From a virus (taxonomy: Duplodnaviria > Caudoviricetes): a stretch of DNA of 64,000 nucleotides. Position 1 is the first letter of the stretch, and each line of letters begins with the position of its first letter. This document shows, in pieces, positions 18,849-29,006 of the stretch. The position numbers and the translations under genes are program-made. The notes beneath the pieces are model-generated. The model worked only from the letters and a program-made list of their open reading frames with translations, made no database searches and was not told where the DNA came from. Location: positions 1 through 64,000 of IMG/VR virus record IMGVR_UViG_3300033067_001199, one strand, 5' to 3'.

Positions 18849-20210
18849 CTAAACTTCCTCCCATAAGAAGAAGCTATTTGCTCCGAAGAACTCCGTACCC
18901 ATTTCAGTACGCATATTAATACTTCTCCTGTCGCGTGTTATCTGCTTAGGTCCGTTACCGGCTCCCTGGTGAACAAAGAACTCCATCTTTCTGCTGTATC
19001 CGTTCTTTTCTTTGTAACGCATACCCAATGACGGAACCTGCTTTCTGGTTTGAGGGTCTTGACGGTATCCAAGAGGAGCAACTATTCCCAGACCTGTAAT
19101 GTTGTATCCAGCGATGTTATACACCTTTGGATTACTGAACACTTTCATTTTCTGAAGGTGGAAGCTATACTCACTTTTGTTGATGGTCTTGAACCCTAAG
19201 TTCAATTCTCTGGCAGTTTTTCCGCCTCCGTCACCAGCAAAGATTACCGGATTCTCTTCGAAATAATCTGCGCACAAGTCTTCCAACTCAATACTCAAAT
19301 CAATTCCGTTCATCCACAGGTACTCATCAGCCGCGAAGTTCTTTTCAAGCCTCTTTATCATGTAATTGATATTCGACATTGAGAATAAACCTGGGGTGTA
19401 ACCACCGATAGGAGAATTACCGCGCATCCATGGCACAAGGCCTGTCATGTTACGGTGACCAGCATTTACCAAGTTGGTATTGGTAATAGGGCGGTCAAAC
19501 AGAGAAGCGCCATCAATCTGAAGCATCATTCTGTAATCCGCCTGTAACTGACCTGTTAGGTAGTAAGCTCCGATAGGGTTTCCATCGCTATCCTTATCAA
19601 ACCAAACACCGTTTGTCATTTCCGTTCCGGTAGTGATAACAGTTTCTTTGATAATCTTCGCTCCGAAAGTGAACTTTGAAACTTTAGCTACACGTCCGTC
19701 CGGCTGGTCGGTGTCTTCCTGCCATCCATTCGAATAAATCGAAACCTCCTGCCCTGCGGCTAATGGTCCGATATTATCAGATGAAGCATGAGGCTCAACA
19801 GTAATTTGTGGTGTAGCAAAAGATGTAGTATCTATTGCGATAACCTTACCGGTAACCTGATTAGGAATTAAAACATCATCATTTACGCGAACATAGAAGT
19901 ATCCGCTGCCGTCCACGTTACTAGGCTGCAATCTAATGTTTACGCTGTTACCAGCACCAGGGTTAGCAACCGGATTCAGAACGGTAAATGTTTCATGGTA
20001 GAAGTCCTCTTCATAGTGACTCCAATTGGTTTGATCTACTGGCTCTACAAATCCAAGGGTTTCTATTGTGGCGAAGAAACCAACGCCTTGTTTTCCAAAT
20101 CGTTTAAACAAATCGTTCCGGATGGAAGGTTTATGAATGTCAAACGTGGAAATGTACTTATCGGAAATGACCGCGGTGGTTGCCGATGGTTGATTTACAT
20201 TAGGTGTCAT
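18849..20210 (-). CDS. Major capsid protein (HK97-fold, crAss-like type, 453 aa)
   Basis: Follows portal and scaffold. Motifs WSHYEE, FTFGAKIIKE, GLVPWMR, GFKTI...FHLQKM, RTEMG resemble Bacteroidota podovirus capsids. Confidence 0.85.
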   Translation of the reverse strand: MTPNVNQPSATTAVISDKYISTFDIHKPSIRNDLFKRFGKQGVGFFATIETLGFVEPVDQTNWSHYEEDFYHETFTVLNPVANPGAGNSVNIRLQPSNVDGSGYFYVRVNDDVLIPNQVTGKVIAIDTTSFATPQITVEPHASSDNIGPLAAGQEVSIYSNGWQEDTDQPDGRVAKVSKFTFGAKIIKETVITTGTEMTNGVWFDKDSDGNPIGAYYLTGQLQADYRMMLQIDGASLFDRPITNTNLVNAGHRNMTGLVPWMRGNSPIGGYTPGLFSMSNINYMIKRLEKNFAADEYLWMNGIDLSIELEDLCADYFEENPVIFAGDGGGKTARELNLGFKTINKSEYSFHLQKMKVFSNPKVYNIAGYNITGLGIVAPLGYRQDPQTRKQVPSLGMRYKEKNGYSRKMEFFVHQGAGNGPKQITRDRRSINMRTEMGTEFFGANSFFLWEEV

Positions 20211-20245
20211 TTTTTATAAAATTTAGACAGGTTTTAAAAAATTGT

Positions 20246-21406
20246 TTACTTCTTTCTTCCACCTTCCGCCTCCAAAATCATAGCGGCAATATTAGTATCT
20301 CGGTCACCTTTGTTTCCGAAATCCTCTTGGCCGGCTGTGTTTGACATTGACGGATTGTGAACTAACTGCATCCACTCCTCATTTGACATACTTCTTCCTT
20401 GATTCATAAAAGCAACTGCCATCTCGTTCATGTGTTTAGCAACGTATCTGTCACGCAGGGCTTGTGCCGCACTTGCGATTCCATTCTCGTCAGCTACCAA
20501 ATTCGGATTTTTAAGCATAGCGCCAAACTCATTCAACAACTCATTTTGCTCCGCTGCATCCATCTTTACATTATAACGAAGAATAGCACCGCTTGGGGTA
20601 GGAATTTCAATCTTATTGAAGCTCTCGAAAATCTGCTTGGTAGCAGGCTTCCACGCATCCAATCTAGCTGACTCCTTTCTGCTATCCTCAATGTTCTGGC
20701 GGCTTCCTCCGTTCTGTAACAATTTCTGTTTCAGTTCATCGAATTTTTGCAGGTGAGGTTGAACATCGAACTCAAGACGTGTCATACCCGGTGCTTCATC
20801 GCCATTTTCAGCATACTTGCCTAGCTTGTATGTTTGGTCAATGTAGTCCGTAATCTTATCCATCGAAATGCCCGGACGCTCCTGCTGTAACGCAAATGCC
20901 ATTACTTCCTTCATCGACATTTTTTCTTTGTCAGAAGTAATAAACCTCAATGCTACATCAGGGGCAATGTTTTTAGAAACAAGATCGTCAAATACTTCAC
21001 CGAATGGAGATTTATAGGGGCTTTTTTTAACCATCTCCTCAAGTTCCACCTGTCTTCCAAGACGCACTTTGATGTTGTCTGGCGTATCACCCAGCATTTC
21101 GCTGATTGTTTTAGCCACATCTTGTACGTTGTTTTGCTCGGTTTTAGGTGTTACCTTAGTTTCCGGTTGATTGACCTGTTTGGTCTGCGTTTGACTTCCG
21201 ATCTCAATTACTTTAGTCGGTGTCTTTTCCGCGCCCTGTGTCTTCTCGATAGTCCTAACCTGGGTTGTGGACTCGCTGTTTGGTGCGGTAACAGTTACAT
21301 TCTTATCTCCACCGGCATTCTGTACCGTTTCGGCACTACCTGTTTTGATTCCAAATGCTTCCATTACTGCTGAAGCTTCTCTGTCGGTTACGTTATTTGG
21401 TGTCAT
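20246..21406 (-). CDS. Putative capsid scaffolding protein
   Basis: Between portal and capsid genes; disordered T/Q-rich N-terminus and helical C-terminal part. Confidence 0.65.
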   Translation of the reverse strand: MTPNNVTDREASAVMEAFGIKTGSAETVQNAGGDKNVTVTAPNSESTTQVRTIEKTQGAEKTPTKVIEIGSQTQTKQVNQPETKVTPKTEQNNVQDVAKTISEMLGDTPDNIKVRLGRQVELEEMVKKSPYKSPFGEVFDDLVSKNIAPDVALRFITSDKEKMSMKEVMAFALQQERPGISMDKITDYIDQTYKLGKYAENGDEAPGMTRLEFDVQPHLQKFDELKQKLLQNGGSRQNIEDSRKESARLDAWKPATKQIFESFNKIEIPTPSGAILRYNVKMDAAEQNELLNEFGAMLKNPNLVADENGIASAAQALRDRYVAKHMNEMAVAFMNQGRSMSNEEWMQLVHNPSMSNTAGQEDFGNKGDRDTNIAAMILEAEGGRKK

Positions 21407-21422
21407 ATATAATTATGAATTG

Positions 21423-21434
21423 GTTACAAATGTA
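21423..21434 (-). promoter_or_regulatory. TACATTTGTAAC promoter element upstream of scaffold/capsid
   Basis: Matches TAnnTTTG; the GTAAC extension is shared with the sites at 17735-17746 and 60264-60275. Confidence 0.6.
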
Positions 21435-21462
21435 TGAAAACTTAAACACAGCGCATAAAATA

Positions 21463-23829
21463 TTAAGCAAACGCGCTTGTTTTTCTAATTTCTGTTACTT
21501 TGTTCTCGCTAACATGAGATTCTAAATCCTTTTTAAGTTCGTGTTCCTTTTCAAGAACCTTTATTTTATTCTTTGTTGCATTATCATCAATAGCCATTAG
21601 GCCCTTTACCTTCATCTCCTCCATCTGTGCCCCCATCTGCGCCTTGGTAGCCTCTAGCGCTTGGTTTTGCTTGCCTTGAGCAGCTATTGATTCCTGCTGC
21701 AACTTAACTACATGCTCCTTGAATTTCCTTACCTTATAAGTTAAGAATGCCTCGGCCAACTTCAACTTACCATCATCAAGCATTCTTCCGATAGCAAGGT
21801 AATCTGGGAAGTCTATACCTCCATGCGTAGGGTCATTTGGATTAGCCAAAGCCATCTCCGCAGTTCGCATTATCCTCATCTTCTGCTCCTCCGTTGGCAA
21901 GGCCTCCATCTTGTATCCATAGTGAACCATGCTTATTTCACTACCAATCTTTATAGTTTCAAGGATACCGGAACCCAGGGCAGGCGCGTACCCCTCAATC
22001 ATTCCATACTTTGCCAACTCCTGCAACTTGCAGCCAATATCAATAGCGGCCATCTCGCTAATCCAAACAACACCTTTTATCATAGGAGTAAGGGCGTTCT
22101 GTGTCCCAGCCAATGCCATTTGAGCGGTACCAACTAATTGCTTCGGGTCTTGTGCTGAAGCGTCAAAGATTTCGGATATTCCCGAAACCTCTCTGCACAT
22201 CATAATATCGTTTGCCATAGAGCCGACCAACTCTTGAAACTCGGCACCTAATCCGCCCTTAGTTTCCTCTACAGGTTTATTGTTTGTCTGGTCATAACCA
22301 TCATCATCCATGGTACTGTTCTTCCTGTAAATGATAATACCAGACTGAACAGCAACCTCCAAAAGCTCTCTAGCGCTCATAATCTTTCCATCCAGAGCAA
22401 CATTCTCAAATGCGCCAACCTCTATCATTATACCCTTTGGAATCGCCCTAGCCTTTAGGTTTTGAATCTTTAGCCAACTCATCTGAATTGAATCAGCAAA
22501 TGGTATCATCTGCTCAACCACACTCTTTTCCGACACCCTATAAAACTTCATTGGCTTGATGGCCTCTTTAGGGTTCTCCTTTGTTCTGGATATGTCACTT
22601 ACTTTTCCAGAGTCATAAAGGTAGTCGGTTCCAACTATCCACTTGCCTGTATAAACGGTTTTGGTATCCGTAGCAACAACCTCTTTTTTAATGTATGGAA
22701 CACCGGTTACCTCATCAACAGCCTTTTCACTAGACAGTTTGGTATTAAACGGCTTCTGGAATGTCAACCTAACACCGGTGCTAGGTCCACCATTCACCCA
22801 CTTTCTTTCGTGCTTTATCCTGTCGCATGAATCAAAGTAAAGTTCATAAACCAATACTTGAAAGTTATCCCAAGGGAAGTAGGTATTCATTGCGTCCGTA
22901 TTTACATAATCAGAATACGGAGATAGCCTGTCAGCATTTCCATACATTCCCTTATGCTTGTTCGCAATCTCATAATAATCCCTCTCGCTGAATTGGTTTC
23001 CTGCCTCTAACTTTAATTGAGCAACAGTCATTAACCGGAACTCTCCGATTCTCTCCATGTTATCCCCATTGTGCCCCCTGAAATTATCCAAGGTCATATT
23101 CACAGGATCGCAGTAACGAACCTTTATTCTCTTAGAAATCCTGTCAACCCAAACACAAAGGCCTATAACACCAAGGTCAATAACATCTTCCCACAACTTC
23201 TCTTCGATATCTTTCCAGGCATTTTCATAGAATACCATTCGCTGACCCTCTTCCATAGATATCTCCGTCTGAAGACGGAAACTTAAATTGAAGAACATCT
23301 CCAACTCCTCAATGCTTTCTGGGGTAAATGGCATTGTTTTGTTTTCGCCAAAACTCATTCCAGACTTCTTCTCTAAATTATCGAAAAAAGGCTTGAGCTT
23401 CTTACTAGCCCAGATGGACTTTTTAGTCCTTTCTTTTTCAAGTGCGGCCTCCGGGTTGATGGCTGTGCACCCTACACTATATTGTAGCTTTGAGAAATAA
23501 CCCTTTAGAACATTTCTGAACTTAGGTATAACACTAACAATACTCCAATTCAAATCCATGTAAGAAACCGTCCTACCCTGCGCGTCCTTTAGTCTGGAAG
23601 CCCAGCGGTGATATTTCGTTACATTCTGGTTACCGGCAGCATATCTTCTGGCATCTATCCAATCAGACTTTCTTCCATTTGAGAAGTATCCGCTATTGCC
23701 TCTGTGTTGTGAGTAGGCCGCCTTTATATATTGGAGAACCCATTTACTGTCCTTATATTTTGGGTCTATAAGGTGCGAAGGAAATTCTGCTCCTGCTTGT
23801 GCCGCTGGTAAAGAATCGATTAGTGCCAT
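21463..23829 (-). CDS. Portal protein (788 aa; start ATG 23829, MALIDSLP)
   Basis: Follows TerL. SYMDLNWSIVSVIPKFRNVL and C-terminal coiled coil resemble crAss-like portals. The track's extension to 23898 runs through the tRNA and was trimmed. Confidence 0.85.
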   Translation of the reverse strand: MALIDSLPAAQAGAEFPSHLIDPKYKDSKWVLQYIKAAYSQHRGNSGYFSNGRKSDWIDARRYAAGNQNVTKYHRWASRLKDAQGRTVSYMDLNWSIVSVIPKFRNVLKGYFSKLQYSVGCTAINPEAALEKERTKKSIWASKKLKPFFDNLEKKSGMSFGENKTMPFTPESIEELEMFFNLSFRLQTEISMEEGQRMVFYENAWKDIEEKLWEDVIDLGVIGLCVWVDRISKRIKVRYCDPVNMTLDNFRGHNGDNMERIGEFRLMTVAQLKLEAGNQFSERDYYEIANKHKGMYGNADRLSPYSDYVNTDAMNTYFPWDNFQVLVYELYFDSCDRIKHERKWVNGGPSTGVRLTFQKPFNTKLSSEKAVDEVTGVPYIKKEVVATDTKTVYTGKWIVGTDYLYDSGKVSDISRTKENPKEAIKPMKFYRVSEKSVVEQMIPFADSIQMSWLKIQNLKARAIPKGIMIEVGAFENVALDGKIMSARELLEVAVQSGIIIYRKNSTMDDDGYDQTNNKPVEETKGGLGAEFQELVGSMANDIMMCREVSGISEIFDASAQDPKQLVGTAQMALAGTQNALTPMIKGVVWISEMAAIDIGCKLQELAKYGMIEGYAPALGSGILETIKIGSEISMVHYGYKMEALPTEEQKMRIMRTAEMALANPNDPTHGGIDFPDYLAIGRMLDDGKLKLAEAFLTYKVRKFKEHVVKLQQESIAAQGKQNQALEATKAQMGAQMEEMKVKGLMAIDDNATKNKIKVLEKEHELKKDLESHVSENKVTEIRKTSAFA

Positions 23830-23841
23830 CGCTATTTTTTG

Positions 23842-23913
23842 TTGCGGGGGCAGGACTTGAACCTGCGACCTTTGGATTATGAATCCATGCTCTACCAACT
23901 GCGCTACCCCGCG
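23842..23913 (-). tRNA. tRNA-Met(CAT), initiator-like acceptor stem, atypical anticodon arm
   Basis: CGCGGGG-TA-GCGC-AGTTGGTA-GAGC-A-TGGA-TTCATAA-TCCA-AAGGTC-GCAGG-TTCAAGT-CCTGC-CCCCGCA-A. C1:A72 mismatch, A73, CCA not fully encoded. Confidence 0.8.
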
Positions 23914-23937
23914 ATTTTAAAACGAAAATAATAAATT

Positions 23938-26166
23938 TTATTCTCCTGCAACCCTAAAATCCATGAATCCTCCGATATCGTATGGCTTAGACTCCTCTTT
24001 TTTTGCTGGCGGCTTTACCACCATGCTTCTTCCGTAAAGATTTTGAGAGCCGGATATGAAGTAATCGAAGGGACTCAACTTCCTATAATCTACATCTCGG
24101 CAGTCCTGCAGGAACCTCCTCGCCTTGCACCTCCTCACATTTTTACCCAAATACGTTTCCACAGCAGTAAACATCGGATCCTTTATTACATCGCCCAGAG
24201 TAGTTATACCAGGGTTTACGGACTCTTCTACCCTCATGTTACCATTATCCATCTTTTTCAAAAGTCGCTTAAACTTTAAGAACTTCTCGTATCCCCTCTC
24301 CACAAAATAGTCCCAAAGGAATGGAACATTTATCTCGGGAAACATTTCAGCACCCAGAAACGCGCAAGTCATTATCATATCCTCTCCATAAATCCGCTTA
24401 CCCGGTGGCCTAGAACCATACTCAAATATAAAATCATCCGTCAACCAATCCTCCTCCTCCTTTCCGCCATCGACACTTAAATCGAACTCCATGTATCCAT
24501 GAGAAGTAGCCATTGACTTTCTTGTGCCGGCCGTAACGTCATACTTAAACGTATCCCCAGATACAAGAAACTTACCCTTATTGCCAGGTGTCCGATATCC
24601 GTTTCTCATAACTACATTGTTCGCATACTGAAACGGCAGATAATAAAAGCGCCAGCGGCAATGTGGGCAACCAACTAAATGACCCCTGCTATCCTTTTCA
24701 TTTGAGAACTTATGAAGACATGGCTTCCAGATAACCTCTCCATCCCTGATATCATCTTTCCAAGCCAGATTACCAGCATACTCATTCTCTCCGTATTTCA
24801 ACTCATCTAACCTCTCATCAATAGCCTCAACGTGCTCCGAAAAATGGCAATCCTTTCCATCGCTCCGCCTAGCAATTCTTATTGAAGGAGGATACATTCG
24901 TATAAACGCCTGCTTCTTTGCCGGTGTAGGCTGCGTATCGGCCTCTATTTCCAGAAGTTCTTTACCGCCCTTGTGGTGATAACCCATACTCACCTCCTCC
25001 ATCCTATTCTCCGATATCAACACCTGCTTCCTATACTCCGCCTGTTCAGCTGTTGGAGTATTAACTATCGGGAATCCGAATTGGTCATAAATATACGCTT
25101 CATACCCAGGCTTAAATATCGGAACAAGGCCGCTGACAGTCTGGAACAACTTTGTCATTTTAGACCGGTCAGACTCATCCCAAATCTGGAAGAACGGACC
25201 CATACCCAACTTACTCAACAACTCGACAGTTGTAGTTATCTTTGCCTTGCCAACAACTTTCTGGCCGACCCTCAAACATTGCTTATGGATACGCCAAGCC
25301 TCGTAAACGTCCATCTCCTCAACCTTACCGAACTCATCCCCATCGTACCGCAATAACTTACGTCCGTCAAATGCGTTTTTTACAGTATCCCGAACCTCTA
25401 TTGAAGAACCCAACTCATCACTAACCGCATCGGCAAGCGTAGAAGCGTCCATACTCTCCCCACTCATAGATGAAGACCTAAAGTTTATTTCTTTAGCCGG
25501 ATATGTTTTGTTATCGAACTTTGGACTGAAGAAGAAAGGAAGCCTCCTCCATGGCTCAACTATAAACTCTTGAAACGTAGCCTTTGCATCCGCACCGGTC
25601 TTCGATTGAAGACCAGCCTTTGAGTTTGCCGTCTTTGTCAACTCCTCTAGGGTTTCTGCGCACATACGCGCAGTCTTTCCATCTCTTCTAAGGGTAAAGT
25701 CAATAGTTCCGTAAACATTCGGATTAGGAAGAACAAATAAGCACCATATCCAGAACCATTCTAGGTCTGGATATCTAAAGTCACCAAGGTCAACACCTCT
25801 TTCGGTATTCTGCCAATAATAATTCAAATACCACCAGAACTTACCGGGCAAATAAAACGGCTTACCATTTATATACATGAAAACCCCATCCCTACGCTTC
25901 CTCCATTGAGAATCTACCCACTCGGCCATATATGAGTTTACGCGAACCAACTCAAGCGCCTCTTCCCTGCGCATCCTATTAAGACGATACACCCACTCTG
26001 GGATAACCTCTCTTACAAAAAACTGTTCACTTGGCTTTTTACCGAAGTTTATAAACTCTTCCGGCTTTGGCGGTTCTGGGAATTTAATGAGATATGGCTC
26101 AAGGTCTTCTATACCTTGCTTAATTAGGCGTGTAGGCTGCCAATCTTCATATCCTAAGTAGTTCAA
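23938..26166 (-). CDS. terL: Terminase large subunit
   Basis: Walker A-like RRDGKT, Walker B LLRYDGDEFGK, C-terminal nuclease motifs (SGDTFKYD, DYFIS); immediately upstream of portal. Confidence 0.9.
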   Translation of the reverse strand: MNYLGYEDWQPTRLIKQGIEDLEPYLIKFPEPPKPEEFINFGKKPSEQFFVREVIPEWVYRLNRMRREEALELVRVNSYMAEWVDSQWRKRRDGVFMYINGKPFYLPGKFWWYLNYYWQNTERGVDLGDFRYPDLEWFWIWCLFVLPNPNVYGTIDFTLRRDGKTARMCAETLEELTKTANSKAGLQSKTGADAKATFQEFIVEPWRRLPFFFSPKFDNKTYPAKEINFRSSSMSGESMDASTLADAVSDELGSSIEVRDTVKNAFDGRKLLRYDGDEFGKVEEMDVYEAWRIHKQCLRVGQKVVGKAKITTTVELLSKLGMGPFFQIWDESDRSKMTKLFQTVSGLVPIFKPGYEAYIYDQFGFPIVNTPTAEQAEYRKQVLISENRMEEVSMGYHHKGGKELLEIEADTQPTPAKKQAFIRMYPPSIRIARRSDGKDCHFSEHVEAIDERLDELKYGENEYAGNLAWKDDIRDGEVIWKPCLHKFSNEKDSRGHLVGCPHCRWRFYYLPFQYANNVVMRNGYRTPGNKGKFLVSGDTFKYDVTAGTRKSMATSHGYMEFDLSVDGGKEEEDWLTDDFIFEYGSRPPGKRIYGEDMIMTCAFLGAEMFPEINVPFLWDYFVERGYEKFLKFKRLLKKMDNGNMRVEESVNPGITTLGDVIKDPMFTAVETYLGKNVRRCKARRFLQDCRDVDYRKLSPFDYFISGSQNLYGRSMVVKPPAKKEESKPYDIGGFMDFRVAGE

Positions 26167-26774
26167 GACCTTTTATTTTTTTGAGCAAATTGTTCCGGTG
26201 TCAAAATAAGCCCCCTGAGCTTTGACCCAGCAACAAAGTTATTCAAATCTGTGTCACCAAAAAAGACCTCCTGCGATAATGACTCAATACTGTCTTCCAG
26301 AGCATGAATAGCTTTTGTTAGTTGGGATATCTGTTTTGCATCTGTATAGGCCAATTCGTAGTTGTATTTGTAGTAAGCGTCAACCTGCATCATCAATGCC
26401 GAAAACTTCATAGAGTTCTCCCCCTGCAGGAACCGAAGTGTAATATCTGCAACCCTTTCGTTTGTGGTGCTGATAAGTTCTTGAATATCCTCTGGCACAC
26501 CATCCTTTCCAAACGAGAAGCCGGCTTGTATCAATGCTTGATTTTTCCTGTGCTTTACATCGGTTATCTTTCTCACAAATGGAGAGAACCTGTGGTATGC
26601 GTATACGATATAGCGCACTAGCTGGTCATTCGTAATGCTGGTAAGAACCTTTAGGTCATTAAGCAACAATCCATCCATCCTTTCTCCCAGGTCCGGAAAT
26701 GCTGTCAAGCAGTTTTCCGTTTCCGAAAGGAGGTCAATACGCCAACGCATATCAATAAAATCATCTGGTGTCAT
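26163..26774 (-). CDS. Putative terminase small subunit
   Basis: Helical 203-aa ORF overlapping the TerL start; assignment by position only. Confidence 0.45.
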   Translation of the reverse strand: MTPDDFIDMRWRIDLLSETENCLTAFPDLGERMDGLLLNDLKVLTSITNDQLVRYIVYAYHRFSPFVRKITDVKHRKNQALIQAGFSFGKDGVPEDIQELISTTNERVADITLRFLQGENSMKFSALMMQVDAYYKYNYELAYTDAKQISQLTKAIHALEDSIESLSQEVFFGDTDLNNFVAGSKLRGLILTPEQFAQKNKRS

Positions 26775-26907
26775 GTTTAGTTTGGTTTAGCATAGCACTT
26801 GCTGTCTGACTGCCTTGTTTTACAGCCGCAATACTTACAGGTATGCTCTGGTCTAAAGGAAGCAAAATAGTCTATCACTAATGTGACAAGATTTACTATT
26901 CGTTGTT

Positions 26908-27228
26908 TCATAAATTATCAAAATAACCTTGGTGATATTTCTGTTTCAACTCCTCATACTTCTCAAAAACCCACTGCCACTCCTCTAGCTTCTTCAACGA
27001 ACCGACATTTGTAGTCCACCGGTGATGTTGGTCATATGTTGTAAGGATAATGTTTTCTTTCGACAACTTAGCCTTTCCGTAAATTGACTTTGGCAGTATA
27101 TGAAAGAACTGATTTATCCAGAGTAAGTGATTTTGATTTACTAACTGCAAAATCATCCCAGACTCCTTTATCTCGCTTACGTGTGGGCGCTCTTCCCATA
27201 TCTCTAAAAATATATCTAGCTGACCCAC
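26908..27228 (-). CDS. Degenerate HNH/NinG-like small protein
   Basis: FHILPKSIYG...ENIILTTYDQHH resembles the HNH H..PKS...N...L...H pattern but lacks the Cys ligands. Confidence 0.5.
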   Translation of the reverse strand: MGQLDIFLEIWEERPHVSEIKESGMILQLVNQNHLLWINQFFHILPKSIYGKAKLSKENIILTTYDQHHRWTTNVGSLKKLEEWQWVFEKYEELKQKYHQGYFDNL

Positions 27229-28313
27229 TACAATACAACTTGAATTTTCTCTTCCCGAACCAATGAACCAATTTCATTTTCTCCCCAAGGGAAGTCGGTA
27301 TAAACGCCCTTATCAAAAATAACCCTGTCACCAGCAGAAACCTCACTACAATCAGGGCCAACCATCTTTATCTCACCTTGGTACGGCTTTTCCTGTGAAA
27401 CCTCTGGTATATAGAACCCTGTTGTCGTCTGCTCCGCCTCTGCCTCTCTGATTATAAGCGTATAATCCCGAACCAACTGAATCATATTGTCACCAACCCT
27501 TTTAGCGATAATATCCTCCAACTTCATTCTGTAATATGGCTTATCTAGCGTTCTGGTTAGGTCATACTCAACCGGAACATCAGACTCTTTCTCAAACACA
27601 ACCCTGTCACCTTCAGATAACCCACACCCAGCCGGTGCGCTTCTTACAATACCCTCGCTTGACCTGTAAGGAGTATCGGTAGTCACAATTATCTTACCTG
27701 TGCTCAACTCATCATCAACAATGATGTTTCCATACTTAGGTATATACTCGATGTGCTGACCCTTTCTAATCGGCTCTATAAGCAACCAATCATTAAGCAT
27801 TACATAATCTACCAAAGGCTTGTCTTCGCGTACCGACTTTACGAAATCAACAGCCTCATTAACACCAAGACTAATCACCCTAGCGGTATCTTTTGCTATA
27901 TTACTTCCGGAATATGAATCAACATATCCTATAACCCTAACCGCAAAGAACAAAGAGGAGTAAGGAAGCAGAGAATACCTCTTTCCATCCTCCTCAAAAT
28001 ACATTCCCCGATTATGATTTTTCTTTGAGTTCTTGATCGTTAAGTAGTGAAAGTAAACCTTATCCCCAGGCATAACATAGCACTCCTTGTCGTCAGAAAT
28101 AATATGCTTCTTATTCCTATCCTCGAGCATGGTCTTTGTCTTTAACCTATCTGGAACAGCAACAACAGTAGCCCAGACATTCGCGTACCTTTCTGGCTCG
28201 AATGACGTTTCAATGTAAAGCTCTATTCCAGATGGAGTCTTTATGGTGCTAACCAGCGGAGGTATTTCTACTAGGACATAGCCATGTCCGGGCTTTATTG
28301 ATTTGATATCCAT
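27228..28313 (-). CDS. Protein with three tandem GroES/Cpn10-like domains
   Basis: Three blocks with a GYVLVE/DWLLIE/DYTLII start and V.PGD.V.F cores; the third (TTTGFYIPE..QEKP.QGEIKMVGP..EVSAGDRVIF) is canonical GroES. Confidence 0.75.
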   Translation of the reverse strand: MDIKSIKPGHGYVLVEIPPLVSTIKTPSGIELYIETSFEPERYANVWATVVAVPDRLKTKTMLEDRNKKHIISDDKECYVMPGDKVYFHYLTIKNSKKNHNRGMYFEEDGKRYSLLPYSSLFFAVRVIGYVDSYSGSNIAKDTARVISLGVNEAVDFVKSVREDKPLVDYVMLNDWLLIEPIRKGQHIEYIPKYGNIIVDDELSTGKIIVTTDTPYRSSEGIVRSAPAGCGLSEGDRVVFEKESDVPVEYDLTRTLDKPYYRMKLEDIIAKRVGDNMIQLVRDYTLIIREAEAEQTTTGFYIPEVSQEKPYQGEIKMVGPDCSEVSAGDRVIFDKGVYTDFPWGENEIGSLVREEKIQVVL

Positions 28314-28753
28314 TATGCTTCTTCTATTTTTCCTCCAAGGTTCAAAAATTCTTTGTAATCCTTCTGCAAAGCCACTAGGTCGCCACTAACAGGCAGGAAG
28401 CAACAAACATTGTCTTCCAGCCACACTAACTTAACCCTACCATGCTTTACAGCCTTTTTGCTTGCTTCTAGCTGGTCATTCCTTTGCTTCCTGTTCATCT
28501 TATCCCAAATATCTCTCTTTTCAGAAATTCTCATAGGGAAGACAAACTCCCGATACCGAACAAATACAAAGGCATCTTCCGGAACGTCATTTGTTTCAAC
28601 TCCATCAACAATATAGTTCTGGTCAGAAGACTCATCCCACTCCTCCTCCCATCGCTTGTGAGCTTCATCGGACATCGACTTAACCGCATAGTAAAATACA
28701 CCAATGAAAAACAGGGCTATAAGTATGCCCAGAATTATTGCTTTCAAACTCAT
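28313..28753 (-). CDS. Hypothetical membrane-anchored protein
   Basis: N-terminal hydrophobic helix AIILGILIALFFIGVFYY. Confidence 0.65.
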   Translation of the reverse strand: MSLKAIILGILIALFFIGVFYYAVKSMSDEAHKRWEEEWDESSDQNYIVDGVETNDVPEDAFVFVRYREFVFPMRISEKRDIWDKMNRKQRNDQLEASKKAVKHGRVKLVWLEDNVCCFLPVSGDLVALQKDYKEFLNLGGKIEEA

Positions 28754-28754
28754 C

Positions 28755-29006
28755 TTAAACTGATTTATCTCTTAACAATATAATTACCTCTTTGCCTGTC
28801 TGGTGGGCGATATCAAACAGCAAATCCATAGACGGAAGATACTTTCCTGTTTCTACGTTTGATAAATGCTGGCTGCTTATGCCCAGACTCGTAGCCATTG
28901 ACCCCTGTGTTTTCTTAGGCCGATAGCTTTGTCTGGCATCTCTCATCTCTTTGGCGACAGACTTTCTAAACCTTATCTTCTCTGAAGACTCTTTTTTATC
29001 ACTCAT
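28755..29006 (-). CDS. XRE-family helix-turn-helix protein
   Basis: TQGSMATSLGISSQHLSNVETGKYLPSMDLLFDIA is a classic Cro/C1-type HTH. Confidence 0.85.
   Translation of the reverse strand: MSDKKESSEKIRFRKSVAKEMRDARQSYRPKKTQGSMATSLGISSQHLSNVETGKYLPSMDLLFDIAHQTGKEVIILLRDKSV

Noticed and set aside
23842-23880. tRNA 3' half as an attP core
   Set aside because: No integrase or excisionase is nearby, and the position inside the packaging operon is atypical; it cannot be fully excluded without the host genome.
23830-23898. N-terminal extension of the portal in the ORF track
   Set aside because: It is the tRNA sequence read in frame; ATG 23829 is the plausible start.
26840-26865. GCATAC-Nn-GTATTGC hairpin also seen near 56903-56918
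   Set aside because: Only two short copies, with different spacers and opposite orientation relative to their genes; could be chance.
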